64,000 nt of DNA from Candidatus Woesearchaeota archaeon (GCA_016927245.1 JAFGNA010000010.1:9894-73893); one strand, 5' to 3'. Shown: positions 1-9,421, counted from the first letter of the stretch. Notes: generated from the letters alone by a model not told the origin. Made by a program: numbers and translations.

Positions 1-666
1 GAGCACGACACCGAAGACCTCCAGAAGATCTACGGCATCATGTTCGGCAGAACATACTCCGGACAGGAACAAGCGACACACGACAACGCCAGCCTGAAAA
101 GCCTCGACGTCACGAACCCGCTCAGCTACAACGAACGCATCGCGCAACTCACCACTGACAAGGAAGAAGCAGTATACCAGCACCTCCTCCTCCAAGCAGA
201 CAACATGATGAAAATGGACCTCGGCGGCCTCACCGCGCTCGAAGCGCGCAAGCTCGACCCGGAGCAGAAAGCTATATTCGACAGCATCGCCAACGGCGAA
301 GACATCGACGCCATAGTCATCAAGGGAGCAGACATCTACCTGTTCAGCAACCACAGGAAGACCCACCTCCTCCTCCCCGTGCACTACCAAGAAGACCCCG
401 CCCCTGCGAAGACGCGGCAGTCCATCATCCTCGACGGCACCACCGCCACTATCTATGAGGACATCCTCAAGAGGAAAGGAGGAAGAGTAGAGCAGGACAG
501 GTTCCACGACCTGACCAGGATAAACTTCGAGCAGCAGGACACCGACGCGAAGACAGCCAAGAAACTGCAGCGAAGCCTCGACAACATCATGCGGGACAGC
601 CAGTACAAGACCGAGATCCGCGTCCGGGTCGACAACAAGCCGATGTACAGCTTCCTCCACCTGTAG
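1..666 (+). CDS. hypothetical protein (probably 5'-partial)
   Basis: Track ORF 40..666. The same frame has no stop back to nt 1, and the T-poor coding-like composition continues to the window edge. No recognisable motif. Confidence 0.5.
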   Translation, partial: EHDTEDLQKIYGIMFGRTYSGQEQATHDNASLKSLDVTNPLSYNERIAQLTTDKEEAVYQHLLLQADNMMKMDLGGLTALEARKLDPEQKAIFDSIANGEDIDAIVIKGADIYLFSNHRKTHLLLPVHYQEDPAPAKTRQSIILDGTTATIYEDILKRKGGRVEQDRFHDLTRINFEQQDTDAKTAKKLQRSLDNIMRDSQYKTEIRVRVDNKPMYSFLHL

Positions 667-670
667 AAAG

Positions 671-2464
671 ATGGACGCGCACGAGTTCTACCGGATACGC
701 GACGCGTGCATGCAGGAAGGCATCACGCTGCGGGAGCACTACGACCGCGAACGCTCGCGGCCGCCGGCGCAAGAAGAGCCAGCCCCGGCAGCCACGCAGA
801 AGAAGCGGCGACCGCAACCCGCAGTCCACGGCAAGACGAAGCAGCCGGCGAAGACGCCGGATGCCATCATGCACAACATCGTGGAGTCCCTGCGCGAGCG
901 GAAGGCAGAGGCCGACCTCGAGACCATCACTGCCCGGTTCGAGCGCGAGCTACGCGAGCGGAAAGTGGAGTCGCCGGCCGGTCCGCTCATGGGCTACGTG
1001 AGCAACGCCTTGTACCGGGAGGCGCAGCGGGCGAAGGACCGGTCTTTACAGGGGGAGAAGTACAAGCAGCCCGTCACCGAGGACGAACTTGCCGAACGCC
1101 TCGAGATCCGGCTCGACGACACGAGCGTGGCGCACGTCATGGGAAGGCTCTCCCCCGCGTACGTGCGGGAGCACTACCCACTAACCAGGGGAAAGCTACA
1201 GGACGAGCATGGCCGGCCCTATAGCATCGAGGGCTCGCGGTCCTGGGATGGCAAGCACAAGGCGGAGACGCGAGAGCGCCTGGTGTCATTCATCGAGGGG
1301 AGCCTCCTCAAGGGTTACTTGGAACGTAAGGAAGAGCTGGAGCGAGAACTCGATATGGCGAAGGAATCGCTCGCGAGCGAGAAGCGCGGCAACGGCAAGG
1401 AACTCGTCGGATACGTGCTCAGGCAAGACGAGAAGGGCGCGTTCATGAAGTTCAAGAATCAGAGGAACAGCAACTCGTTGTACCAGCGATTACTCTCGGT
1501 GGACTGCGCGAGGGTGCGCACGGGCGCGTGTGACATCAGAATCACGTGGGAGAACGAGAAGGCGCGAGCGGCGGTCGAGAGGATTATCAAGGACATCCGC
1601 GAGGCGCAGAAGCGCGGCACGCCGCAGTACCTGGGTGCCGCGTTCAGGGTCGAGAAGAAGGAGGAAAGGCTCGAGAGCGGGTGTGAGCAGAGTGATCTCG
1701 AAGTGAAGGTCGCTGAGCTGAAGCGGTCGTTGGGAGAACTGACGGGGACGCCGTTGCGCTACCTCGGGTTGGAAGGGCCGTGCTTCGGCAGCTTCCTCGA
1801 AGTCAAGGAAGCGGTCGAGGGATATGGCTTCAAGCTCGTGGCGGTGCTCCCTGAATACCTGCCTCGTGAGGCGAACCTTATGCGGAGCGTCATCGCCGCT
1901 TATCCCGAGGCTTTCGCTGGCGTGGAGGTGATTGATCGCAACGTGAACGATGCCATCCTGCTCGATTTCATCAAGGACCCGGCCGTGGGCGTCGGGTACG
2001 TGAAGGGGAGGCGTGGCGAGTGGGTGACGTGCCATGGCGAGGCGGTGATGCCGTTGCGCCAGTACCAGGAGATGGTGGAGTTGTTGGGTGGGGGGGCGAG
2101 CCCGGAGGTGTACGCGCGCGAGCACGGCGTGGATGAGGATTTCGTGGAGCGCGCGATGGAGCGGTATGAGGGACAGTTCGATGTCGTGTTCTTGGATTAT
2201 TTCTGCGGCGAGAGCTATAGGCGGAGCAAGGGGGTGAGGCAGTTGGTGAGGCGCCTCGGTGACGGTGCGGTCGTGGCCATCACGACGAATCTTGCTGGGC
2301 GCGTGAATTTCGGCAAGGACACGTCTGACGTGTTGTATCAGCAGCTTGAGCGCTTCCTCGCGGATGAGCGCATCGTGGTGGAGGATTTTGTCGGCATGCC
2401 GAAGTATTCTGATGGGAAGGAGCCGATGGGGTTCGTGGCGTATCATGTCAAGCGCCGGTCGTGA
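671..2464 (+). CDS. hypothetical protein, C-terminal Rossmann/methyltransferase-like region (weak)
   Basis: 597-aa ORF whose ATG lies 5 nt after the preceding stop. The N-half is Arg/Glu-rich. The C-half has 'LGLEGPCFGSF' and 'FDVVFLDYFCG' strand-loop motifs reminiscent of class-I MTase motifs. The functional call is weak. Confidence 0.6.
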   Translation: MDAHEFYRIRDACMQEGITLREHYDRERSRPPAQEEPAPAATQKKRRPQPAVHGKTKQPAKTPDAIMHNIVESLRERKAEADLETITARFERELRERKVESPAGPLMGYVSNALYREAQRAKDRSLQGEKYKQPVTEDELAERLEIRLDDTSVAHVMGRLSPAYVREHYPLTRGKLQDEHGRPYSIEGSRSWDGKHKAETRERLVSFIEGSLLKGYLERKEELERELDMAKESLASEKRGNGKELVGYVLRQDEKGAFMKFKNQRNSNSLYQRLLSVDCARVRTGACDIRITWENEKARAAVERIIKDIREAQKRGTPQYLGAAFRVEKKEERLESGCEQSDLEVKVAELKRSLGELTGTPLRYLGLEGPCFGSFLEVKEAVEGYGFKLVAVLPEYLPREANLMRSVIAAYPEAFAGVEVIDRNVNDAILLDFIKDPAVGVGYVKGRRGEWVTCHGEAVMPLRQYQEMVELLGGGASPEVYAREHGVDEDFVERAMERYEGQFDVVFLDYFCGESYRRSKGVRQLVRRLGDGAVVAITTNLAGRVNFGKDTSDVLYQQLERFLADERIVVEDFVGMPKYSDGKEPMGFVAYHVKRRS

Positions 2465-2532
2465 TTCTTGGCCTGCGTGCTAGTGGTGAGCACCAATTCA
2501 CTTCCTTATAGAAAATAACTTATGGCGGGACA

Positions 2533-2562
2533 TATTTAAAAAGACAACGCGCTTTCAGGAGG
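2533..2562 (+). promoter_or_regulatory. TATA-like box (ATATTTAAAAAG) plus AGGAGG Shine-Dalgarno upstream of pan
   Basis: ATATTTAAAAAG at 2533-2544 and AGGAGG at 2557-2562, 5 nt before the ATG at 2568. Confidence 0.55.
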
Positions 2563-2567
2563 AGAAG

Positions 2568-3719
2568 ATGGCGAAACAGGAGACCAAGAATGAGGACTAC
2601 GAGAACGCCACATTCACCTATGTCACGCCGGGCACGGACCTGGAACGCGAGAACATGATCCTCAAGCAGACCGTCTCGCAATTGCGGACAGAGCTCGACC
2701 GTTACCGCTCACCCGCCCTGATGGTGGCCGAGGTCGTCGACGTCATGGGAGACAATGCCATCATCCGCGTCCCGAACGGGAACAAGTTCTACGTGGACGT
2801 CTCGTTGTCGGTGAAGGGCATCAAGCCGGGCAACACCATACTCGTCGAGCAGAAGAACCTCACCATCGTGGACAAGCTGGAGCGGAACCGCAAGCTCGAG
2901 GCAGAGCAGTTCGTCATCATCGAGAAACCTATCGTCACCTGGGACGACATCGGCGGCCTCAAGGAGCAGATACGGGAAATACAGGAAGTCATAGAGCTCC
3001 CCTTGAAGAAGCCGGAACTGTTCAGGAAGGTGGGCATCAAGCCGCCGAAAGGAATACTGCTGCACGGCCCGCCCGGCACAGGGAAGACCTTGCTCGCCAA
3101 GGCAGTCGCAGCGTCTACTGATTCCGTGTTCATCGAGATCGTCGCTTCCGAGCTGGTGCAGAAGTTCATCGGAGAAGGCGCCAAATTGGTGAAGGACATC
3201 TTCAACCTCGCTAGGGAGAAGGCGCCCGCCATCATCTTCATCGATGAGATGGACGCGCTGGCCGCGAAGCGCATCGACCTGGGCACGTCCGGCGAGCGCG
3301 AGGTGCAGCGCACGTTCATGCAGTTCCTCGCCGAGATCGACGGGTTCAAGAACCTGGACAACGTGAAGGTCATCGGGTGCACGAACAGGAAGGACATCCT
3401 CGACCCCGCGGTGCTCCGGCCGGGCAGGCTGGATCGCCTCATCGAGGTCCCGAACCCTGACCGGGAGGGGCTCGAGCAGATATTCAAAATCCACACCAAG
3501 GAAATGACTCTGGACAAGGACGTCGACGTCAAGCGCTTGCTCAAGCTCATGGACGGCTTTTCAGGCGCTGAGGTCAAGGCCACTGTGACCGAGGCTGGCT
3601 ATTTTGCCATCCGGAAGAATCGGCGCAAGGTGATACAGAAGGACCTCGAAAAGGCCGCTGATAAGGTGCGTCGCGGCGAGGAGGATGGCCCGGGCGATTA
3701 CACAGGGATGTTCGGCTAG
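2568..3719 (+). CDS. pan: proteasome-activating nucleotidase (AAA+ ATPase, PAN/Rpt family)
   Basis: N-terminal coiled coil (LERENMILKQTVSQLRTELDRYRSP), OB-like segment, Walker A GPPGTGKT, Walker B IIFIDEMD, and the second region of homology. Length of 383 aa is typical. Confidence 0.93.
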   Translation: MAKQETKNEDYENATFTYVTPGTDLERENMILKQTVSQLRTELDRYRSPALMVAEVVDVMGDNAIIRVPNGNKFYVDVSLSVKGIKPGNTILVEQKNLTIVDKLERNRKLEAEQFVIIEKPIVTWDDIGGLKEQIREIQEVIELPLKKPELFRKVGIKPPKGILLHGPPGTGKTLLAKAVAASTDSVFIEIVASELVQKFIGEGAKLVKDIFNLAREKAPAIIFIDEMDALAAKRIDLGTSGEREVQRTFMQFLAEIDGFKNLDNVKVIGCTNRKDILDPAVLRPGRLDRLIEVPNPDREGLEQIFKIHTKEMTLDKDVDVKRLLKLMDGFSGAEVKATVTEAGYFAIRKNRRKVIQKDLEKAADKVRRGEEDGPGDYTGMFG

Positions 3720-4303
3720 AGCAACTTCTCGTATTCCTCAGCGATCTCCTCTATGATTTCAAAGTGCTTCTTGAGCTGCTCGTCAAGGGTGAGTTCGTGG
3801 TTGACGAGGACGCGGAAGGCGGCGGCGTTCTGGAGTATGTTGAACAGGATGGTCTTGAGCTGGAGGGGCTTCTTCTTGCTGAGGAGGAGGTCGAGGAATA
3901 TCTCCAGTTGTTCGGCGTGGTGGTCGATGCGCTGGTTGTAGCGGTGATGCTTGGCGAACTCTTCTGCTTGTTCTTCCGAGACTGTTTCTTCAATCTCTTT
4001 CAGCGCTCGTTCCTCTTTCAGGTCGTACTTGAGGAGTTCCTTGTCCAGGTAGAAGATGTCCTGTATCCATTTCTTGACGCTTTGGACGTGGTCGTAGATG
4101 CTGGTCGGTGCGTCGTCGAGGTCCATGCCGTCGGTGACGCGGTCATCCTTGATGAGGACGTCGCACGCGGCGATGATCCTGGTGAGGAGGTCCTTGAACT
4201 GCTTGTGGAGCTTGTGCTCGTCCATGGGCGGCTTGTGGGGCTCAGGGTATTTAACGGTTTCGGAAAGAGAGGATGACCCCTCGATAGTTACTCCAATCAT
4301 CAT
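3716..4303 (-). CDS. hypothetical acidic helical protein
   Basis: 195-aa ORF. Its stop overlaps the pan stop convergently by 4 nt. No motif recognised. Confidence 0.55.
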   Translation of the reverse strand: MMIGVTIEGSSSLSETVKYPEPHKPPMDEHKLHKQFKDLLTRIIAACDVLIKDDRVTDGMDLDDAPTSIYDHVQSVKKWIQDIFYLDKELLKYDLKEERALKEIEETVSEEQAEEFAKHHRYNQRIDHHAEQLEIFLDLLLSKKKPLQLKTILFNILQNAAAFRVLVNHELTLDEQLKKHFEIIEEIAEEYEKLL

Positions 4304-4405
4304 CCTGTGACGTCAGTCGGTGTTCACCATGTCATCGGGGCGGCTGTTGGTAAGTGGAGGGGGTTTATAGGCATATTTATTTACTATATAGAAAATTATT
4401 TTGGT

Positions 4406-4431
4406 AAAAAAAAGCCTCTACAAAGAGAGGC
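4406..4431 (-). terminator. hairpin + U-run terminator (minus strand)
   Basis: Minus strand reads GCCTCT-CTTTGT-AGAGGC followed by T8. It lies about 100 nt downstream of the stop of 4530..5219. Confidence 0.55.
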
Positions 4432-4529
4432 TTTCATAAGAGAGTATCGCCACGTCGCCGAGACAAAAGAGGCAGCGACAAGCGCCATCATCACCAGAGA
4501 AGACGAAGAACGCTCCGACCCTCAAGGCG

Positions 4530-5219
4530 CTAATGCCTCGCGAAGCTCTTATCAGGCATCACCAGGAACCTCTCTTTCAAGGATCCCTTGACGTTGCCGT
4601 CATAAGAGCGCACCTCGACGCGCAATGCCGGCGCCTTGCCCTCCGCGAAGAGGAACTCATCCCTCCTGTCAGCCAACCAGCCCAGATCATCGACAGTGCC
4701 AGGCACATCAAAAAAGAACCAGCCCCAACCGAGGTCCCAGCCAATGATGTAACCACCCAACAGCAGTCTCGAATCGTTAAGGTCAAGCACGAGCGGCACG
4801 GGCGCAGGGTTCGGGACCGCGCTGGCTTCCAACAAGTATTTTTCCCTCGGCGCCCCGCTACGCTCAATCTTGCACCCGTTGACCATCATCGCGTTCGCAG
4901 GGGGGAACTTCGGCGCAACAATCCTCGGCAAGGTCACCGTGCCTTCACGGATGGTGTCCTGGTACCAGTAATCCAGATCCTGGCCCTTGGCGTAGACGTA
5001 GACCTGCATCTCGCCTCCCGCCAATCCTTTCGTAGAGAGGTAGTAGCCCACCCAATCAGCACAGGAGGCGCCGAGCGTGGCCTGGTTGTCATCATAGATT
5101 GCCTGCTGCCGCGCCTGCTCCTTCCTGAGCGCCTCTGCAGCTTCTCGTTCTTTCTTCTTGCCGCAACCAGTCCCTAGGACCAGCAACGCAGCCATCAAGA
5201 ATGATAATAGTCGTTTCAT
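4530..5219 (-). CDS. putative lipoprotein (signal peptide + lipobox-like LGTGC)
   Basis: Track ORF 4530..5465. I prefer the internal ATG at 5219, giving MKRLLSFLMAALLVLGTGCGKKK. The longer N-extension is Phe/Leu-rich junk running through an A/T-rich upstream region. Confidence 0.65.
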   Translation of the reverse strand: MKRLLSFLMAALLVLGTGCGKKKEREAAEALRKEQARQQAIYDDNQATLGASCADWVGYYLSTKGLAGGEMQVYVYAKGQDLDYWYQDTIREGTVTLPRIVAPKFPPANAMMVNGCKIERSGAPREKYLLEASAVPNPAPVPLVLDLNDSRLLLGGYIIGWDLGWGWFFFDVPGTVDDLGWLADRRDEFLFAEGKAPALRVEVRSYDGNVKGSLKERFLVMPDKSFARH

Positions 5220-5314
5220 AAAGCAAAAGGTTTTTGAAAAGTGAAAAACTAATCCGTTAAACTCATTCAGAGAAAAAAAAAGCCTGGAAGAGATGATTCT
5301 CAGAAGAACATCAC

Positions 5315-5551
5315 TCAGGGCATCGGCTGTGAAAAGATTGCAAAACCAAAAAAGATAGCCGCCGCTCCGAGGCCGAGAGCAAGGAGGTCGATCATCACCG
5401 ATAAGAAGAAGAAAAATTTCCCCTCTGCCGTCGGCCTTCCGGTACGGGAAAAAAAAGAGTAGCACAACACGAAGCCGAGCAGCATGATAACGAAGCCGAG
5501 CAGCTTGTTCGCGAAGAATATTTCATCCATTGAGTATTGCAGTGATTCCAT
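5315..5551 (-). CDS. small membrane protein, two hydrophobic helices (78 aa)
   Basis: Hydrophobic segments LLGFVIMLLGFVLCYSFF and FFFFLSVMIDLLALGLGAAAIFFGFAIF are separated by a short basic loop. Confidence 0.5.
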   Translation of the reverse strand: MESLQYSMDEIFFANKLLGFVIMLLGFVLCYSFFSRTGRPTAEGKFFFFLSVMIDLLALGLGAAAIFFGFAIFSQPMP

Positions 5552-5580
5552 AAGAAAGATTTTTTTGTCGATGTAACAAT

Positions 5581-5628
5581 AAAAAAAAAGAGAATCCCTC
5601 TCAAGAGGAATCGTTCCCGGTGAGAGGG
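5581..5628 (-). terminator. hairpin + U-run terminator (minus strand)
   Basis: Minus strand has CCCTCTCA(5628-5621)...TGAGAGGG(5603-5596), an 8-bp stem, followed by T9 (5589-5581). It sits immediately downstream of the stop of 5636..5845. Confidence 0.6.
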
Positions 5629-5635
5629 CGCGCGA

Positions 5636-5845
5636 TCACTCGCGTTGCAGCTCAAGCTTGTCCACAAGGAGCCGGTCCAGCCGCTTGTGCACGACGCCTT
5701 CGTCATCGCAGTACGTAGCGTTCAGGTGCGCGCAGTACGCGTACGACGAATCGAAAGGGTCGAGCCCGACGAACGTGTAGACCAATCCTCCCCAACACCG
5801 TACCTTATCGCCGTTCTTGAACGGCAATTCCCGCTTATTTCCCAT
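5636..5845 (-). CDS. hypothetical small protein (69 aa)
   Basis: ORF is followed by the terminator hairpin above and lies 16 nt downstream of the preceding ORF's stop. No motif recognised. Confidence 0.45.
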   Translation of the reverse strand: MGNKRELPFKNGDKVRCWGGLVYTFVGLDPFDSSYAYCAHLNATYCDDEGVVHKRLDRLLVDKLELQRE

Positions 5846-5860
5846 GACACAAGGTTTTTC

Positions 5861-6325
5861 TCAGTAGTCCGGGTTGTGGTGTTTCCGTAACTCCTTCTCG
5901 AGGAGGCCGCGCATCCCCTCATGACTGGTGAAGAGACAGACAGTATGGATGTTGCGGTGCACGCCCTCGAGGGGTGTGCCGATGGAGTAGTCGAGGATGC
6001 CTTGCACGGTATCCAGAACGACTTGTCCGAGGCGTTCGTCACTAAATGACTCCCATTCAGGGCGCTTGAAGACGGGCATGACGGCCATCTCGACCCGAGA
6101 ATCCCTTCCCGCCTTAGAGAGTGCCTTATGGACGAGTTGCCGGGCGTCCAACTCTTCAGAATTCACGAGGAGGAACCGCCTCATCTTCTTCATGACAGCG
6201 AGGTCTTCCACGCCTTCCTTTTCGGTGATGACACCTATCTCTCGCCCTTCCCTGCTGAACAAGAACCCTTCATCAGGATTCACGAGCAGGACGAACAATG
6301 ATGGTTTGATATCGAATCGTTGCAT
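5861..6325 (-). CDS. hypothetical protein (154 aa)
   Basis: ORF in the co-directional island. No motif recognised. Confidence 0.55.
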   Translation of the reverse strand: MQRFDIKPSLFVLLVNPDEGFLFSREGREIGVITEKEGVEDLAVMKKMRRFLLVNSEELDARQLVHKALSKAGRDSRVEMAVMPVFKRPEWESFSDERLGQVVLDTVQGILDYSIGTPLEGVHRNIHTVCLFTSHEGMRGLLEKELRKHHNPDY

Positions 6326-6417
6326 AACTAGAACTTTTTTTGTTTTTCTGATTATTGATTATTGTCTTGCTTGAATCGTTCTCCTCGAAAGAAGAAGACG
6401 GTGCGCTAGCACCTGCC

Positions 6418-7257
6418 CTACAGGGCTTTTTGGAGGGGGATGGTCTGACGCTCATGATCGATGGGGACGAGGAGCAAGCAACCGTTCCCGGCCCCGAAGA
6501 CCACCAGGTCAGCACGTGGCTTCTTGCCCGCTCGTTCGACGCGCCCCACCGGCCAGAGGTCAATGACGTGCCGCGGACCGACGAAATAGCTGCTGCGCCT
6601 GCACTTCTCCAATTCGCTGATGTTCGTCCGCCAACCGTGGTAGAGGTTCCGCGAGACGCGGGAACGCCGGTGGTTGCGCAGATAGGCGTCGATGCTCGTC
6701 GAGAGGACCGCCGAACAGTCTGAGCGCCAGAGAAAACTCCTTAATACCCCCTCGTACTTCCCGCTCATCCTGCTCATAAGACACCTCAACTGCTTCTTGG
6801 AAGAGGCATGGGAGATTATCACCCCGGAAGAGTAGGTGTTCCAGTAGACATGGAACCGCTTGCTCCGAAAGGAATCGATGATTTCCTGCCTGGTGAATGT
6901 AGGACCGCAATGGCGCTCGTAGTGCTCGTCATGATTTTTTTTGAGCATCCAATCGTATGGTGAGAAAGGCGTGAGGGATTGGCAACAGTCACCGCCCATC
7001 ACCCATTCGTCATCGACATAGTCCTCGTACCACATGAGTGGCGGCCCGATAACGCCATCGACGGCCTTCTGGACCCCGACGACACGTCTGACATTCCTCG
7101 TTACCGGGTTGATGATGACATCGCCGTGCTTGAGACCGGTGAACTCCTCGCAGGCATAGTCTGAGACGTCGATATCGACAGCCTTTTTGGTGCCGGCGAT
7201 GCTGTACGTTCTCATGTTCGTGTTTGTTCGCATAGCTCCATTATTTTTGATGATCAT
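6418..7257 (-). CDS. hypothetical protein (279 aa)
   Basis: ORF in the co-directional island, rich in Trp/Tyr/Cys/His. No motif recognised. The start is uncertain because several early Met codons exist. Confidence 0.55.
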   Translation of the reverse strand: MIIKNNGAMRTNTNMRTYSIAGTKKAVDIDVSDYACEEFTGLKHGDVIINPVTRNVRRVVGVQKAVDGVIGPPLMWYEDYVDDEWVMGGDCCQSLTPFSPYDWMLKKNHDEHYERHCGPTFTRQEIIDSFRSKRFHVYWNTYSSGVIISHASSKKQLRCLMSRMSGKYEGVLRSFLWRSDCSAVLSTSIDAYLRNHRRSRVSRNLYHGWRTNISELEKCRRSSYFVGPRHVIDLWPVGRVERAGKKPRADLVVFGAGNGCLLLVPIDHERQTIPLQKAL

Positions 7258-7287
7258 ATTTGTGCGTCATATCTCATCTCGCGGTTC

Positions 7288-8229
7288 TCAGGCGCTCATG
7301 GACACCTCAAGGTCTCGCATGAAGAACTCGCCCGTCTCCATCGATCGCCGCAGCTTGTCGATGAACAGGCCAAACCGCTGCTCGGCGAGCCCCATCTTGT
7401 CCTGGTCTGCCAGGCAGCACAGGTGGACGTTGAACGTCACCCTGAGCAGGAAGGTGTCCCCTGCTGAGAGGACGCGGTCGCCACGCACCATGACCGAGCG
7501 CTCGAGATAGTCGTTGAGGGTGAGCGGGTACTCTGCCACCAACGGATAGATGAGCATCCCTGCTGATTCCATCCTCCTCGTCACGCCGTCAGGGAAGTAG
7601 AGGTCTGCGTCGTTGATGACGCGGAGCACCCCGTTCCTGAAAGATTTCAAGGTAATCCTCCCAGCTACTGCCGAGCCGTGCTCGACGGTGATGAGTCGGA
7701 AATGGTCGTCGAAGAAGACTTCTCGAGCTCCAAGGGTCCACGGCTTCCTGCACACCGAGCACCGTTCGTGCTTGCCCGCGAGGTACGCGGCCCGGAATAG
7801 GGGGAACAACCGGTTTTCCGGGAGTGAGACGTCAATCCCTTTCCCTTCTAGGAATGACTTGTAGTCATTGAACGTCATGACAGGCGCGACGGGTTCCTCC
7901 CCTGCCAACGCGTGCGTCGGTAGTTCGAGGGTGCGCATGAGCAGCCTGCCATGATGGGTGAGGCAGAGGTTGCCGAACAGGACCCATCGCCTGATATCGC
8001 TCTGCGACAACCCATAGAGGAGCCGCTGTCCTAAGGTGAGGAGCCGGAGCTCTTCCTCGTCCTCCAGTAAGGAGAGGATGCCGTCACTGTCGGTGAACAC
8101 CCTGACGAGGTTCTCGCTGTCCTCGCTGATCGTCTCTGCGCGCGCGATGGCTCGCAAGGCCGATTCGAGCTTGTTATGGTGTGAGAATGGATTGTTCATG
8201 TCTTGTCTGTTTTTTGTTATGTGTGACAA
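7288..8229 (-). CDS. hypothetical protein (313 aa)
   Basis: ORF in the co-directional island. No motif recognised. Confidence 0.6.
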   Translation of the reverse strand: MSHITKNRQDMNNPFSHHNKLESALRAIARAETISEDSENLVRVFTDSDGILSLLEDEEELRLLTLGQRLLYGLSQSDIRRWVLFGNLCLTHHGRLLMRTLELPTHALAGEEPVAPVMTFNDYKSFLEGKGIDVSLPENRLFPLFRAAYLAGKHERCSVCRKPWTLGAREVFFDDHFRLITVEHGSAVAGRITLKSFRNGVLRVINDADLYFPDGVTRRMESAGMLIYPLVAEYPLTLNDYLERSVMVRGDRVLSAGDTFLLRVTFNVHLCCLADQDKMGLAEQRFGLFIDKLRRSMETGEFFMRDLEVSMSA

Positions 8230-8314
8230 TAAGTAGTGGTTCTCATAGCGTCCTGAGGAGAGGTGATCGGCCGCCGCCCACCATCCTCCTTTCTGATGGT
8301 CTTCTGCCGCGTCC

Positions 8315-8818
8315 TCATAGCTCCGCCTCCTCGCCAGTGCGTTGCGTGAATGACCGATAGAACGTTGCGAGCACGTCGGCCTTTCTTTGGGGATCCTCGA
8401 TGGTCACGTAGCCGTCGGGGAACGATGAGCATCGCCCATCGTCGACGGTCGAAGAGGGGAGGAGGTCTGCGACGGAGGGATCGATGTACTCTTGGAGTAT
8501 GGCCTTGGCGTCTTCGCCGAGCGATTCTCCCCAGACCAGTATGTGCTTCACGAGCAGCCTCGGATTGACCGACACCTCGAAGTTGTCGACGTAGTAGCAG
8601 AACAAGAGGTTAACGACATCGTCGCGGCGGTCTCTGATGAACCGCTGGAGCTCTTCAATGAAAGAGCTATGCTCATCGGGGCGCATGAAGCTCTTGATGC
8701 GCAGCATGCCGTCGTGCTCATAGGAGCCTTTCCTGGACAGCAGGGTGATGAAGCAGAAGGCGAGCCTCAACAAGGAGCAGATTTGTCCTTCTATTAATCG
8801 TGTGTTATTGGTCTTCAT
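8315..8818 (-). CDS. hypothetical protein (167 aa)
   Basis: ORF in the co-directional island with a C/A-rich leader (…CCAATAACAATAGCAATCACC-ATG). Confidence 0.55.
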   Translation of the reverse strand: MKTNNTRLIEGQICSLLRLAFCFITLLSRKGSYEHDGMLRIKSFMRPDEHSSFIEELQRFIRDRRDDVVNLLFCYYVDNFEVSVNPRLLVKHILVWGESLGEDAKAILQEYIDPSVADLLPSSTVDDGRCSSFPDGYVTIEDPQRKADVLATFYRSFTQRTGEEAEL

Positions 8819-8929
8819 GGTGATTGCTATTGTTATTGGTGTGTGGATGTGTGATAATCATTGGTGGTGAAGAACCGAGGAGCGTGAGCGCGGCTCATCT
8901 CCCCGGTTCTGGCCTTTCGGCGGGAAAGC

Positions 8930-9421
8930 CTAGGACGTAGCAGCGAACAGCCTTTTCGAGAGGAACCTGTTATCACTGCAGAAATCCTTGATTGCCCGCT
9001 TGAACGATTCTCGCTCAGCGGTCGCGGCTCGCTGCGGGAAACGATCGTCCAGGTACCTTGCGAAACGCTTGACTTTCCTTGCGTACGTCTTGCACTTCCG
9101 CTTGACCTTGTACTTCGTGACGTTTTCTTCGTAGACGCGGCTGATGCAGTTGTCCGCGGGGCCGGTGACGAGCTCGTTGAACTGACCGGTCATGCCATGG
9201 GACAGCGACTTGTTCTTGTCGGTCTCTCGCTCCACCCCTTCCAGCAATGGTCCGTAGTACGCCGTTGCTTCTTCCGCCAAGGCCATGACCCTCGCCTCGA
9301 CGTTCGCACGCTCCTCGCAGGTGATCGGGCAAAGGTGCCAGTTCGGGATGAGGATCCATGCTATGACGCCGCCGATGATGAATGCTCCGACAGCGATAAT
9401 GATGACATAGGTTTTTTTCAT
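8930..9421 (-). CDS. membrane-anchored hypothetical protein (N-terminal TM)
   Basis: N-terminus MKKTYVIIIAVGAFIIGGVIAWILIP acts as a signal anchor, followed by a charged soluble domain. Confidence 0.6.
   Translation of the reverse strand: MKKTYVIIIAVGAFIIGGVIAWILIPNWHLCPITCEERANVEARVMALAEEATAYYGPLLEGVERETDKNKSLSHGMTGQFNELVTGPADNCISRVYEENVTKYKVKRKCKTYARKVKRFARYLDDRFPQRAATAERESFKRAIKDFCSDNRFLSKRLFAATS

Noticed and set aside
1490-2446. 318-aa antisense ORF inside 671..2464, and similar long antisense or shifted ORFs at 9197..10201, 19507..20400, 23222..24142, 32921..33802, 37676..38527, 44259..45095, 45456..46670, 49079..50158, 49977..51152 and 52317..52991
   Set aside because: All lie opposite or out of frame to ORFs with clear motifs or better coding character. 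They are Arg/His/Pro/Gly-rich. Such frames are expected to stay open by chance in GC-rich DNA.
4307-4591. 94-aa plus ORF
   Set aside because: It spans the TATA/CTATATAG elements and the terminator hairpin of the minus-strand lipoprotein gene. It has no coding-like features.
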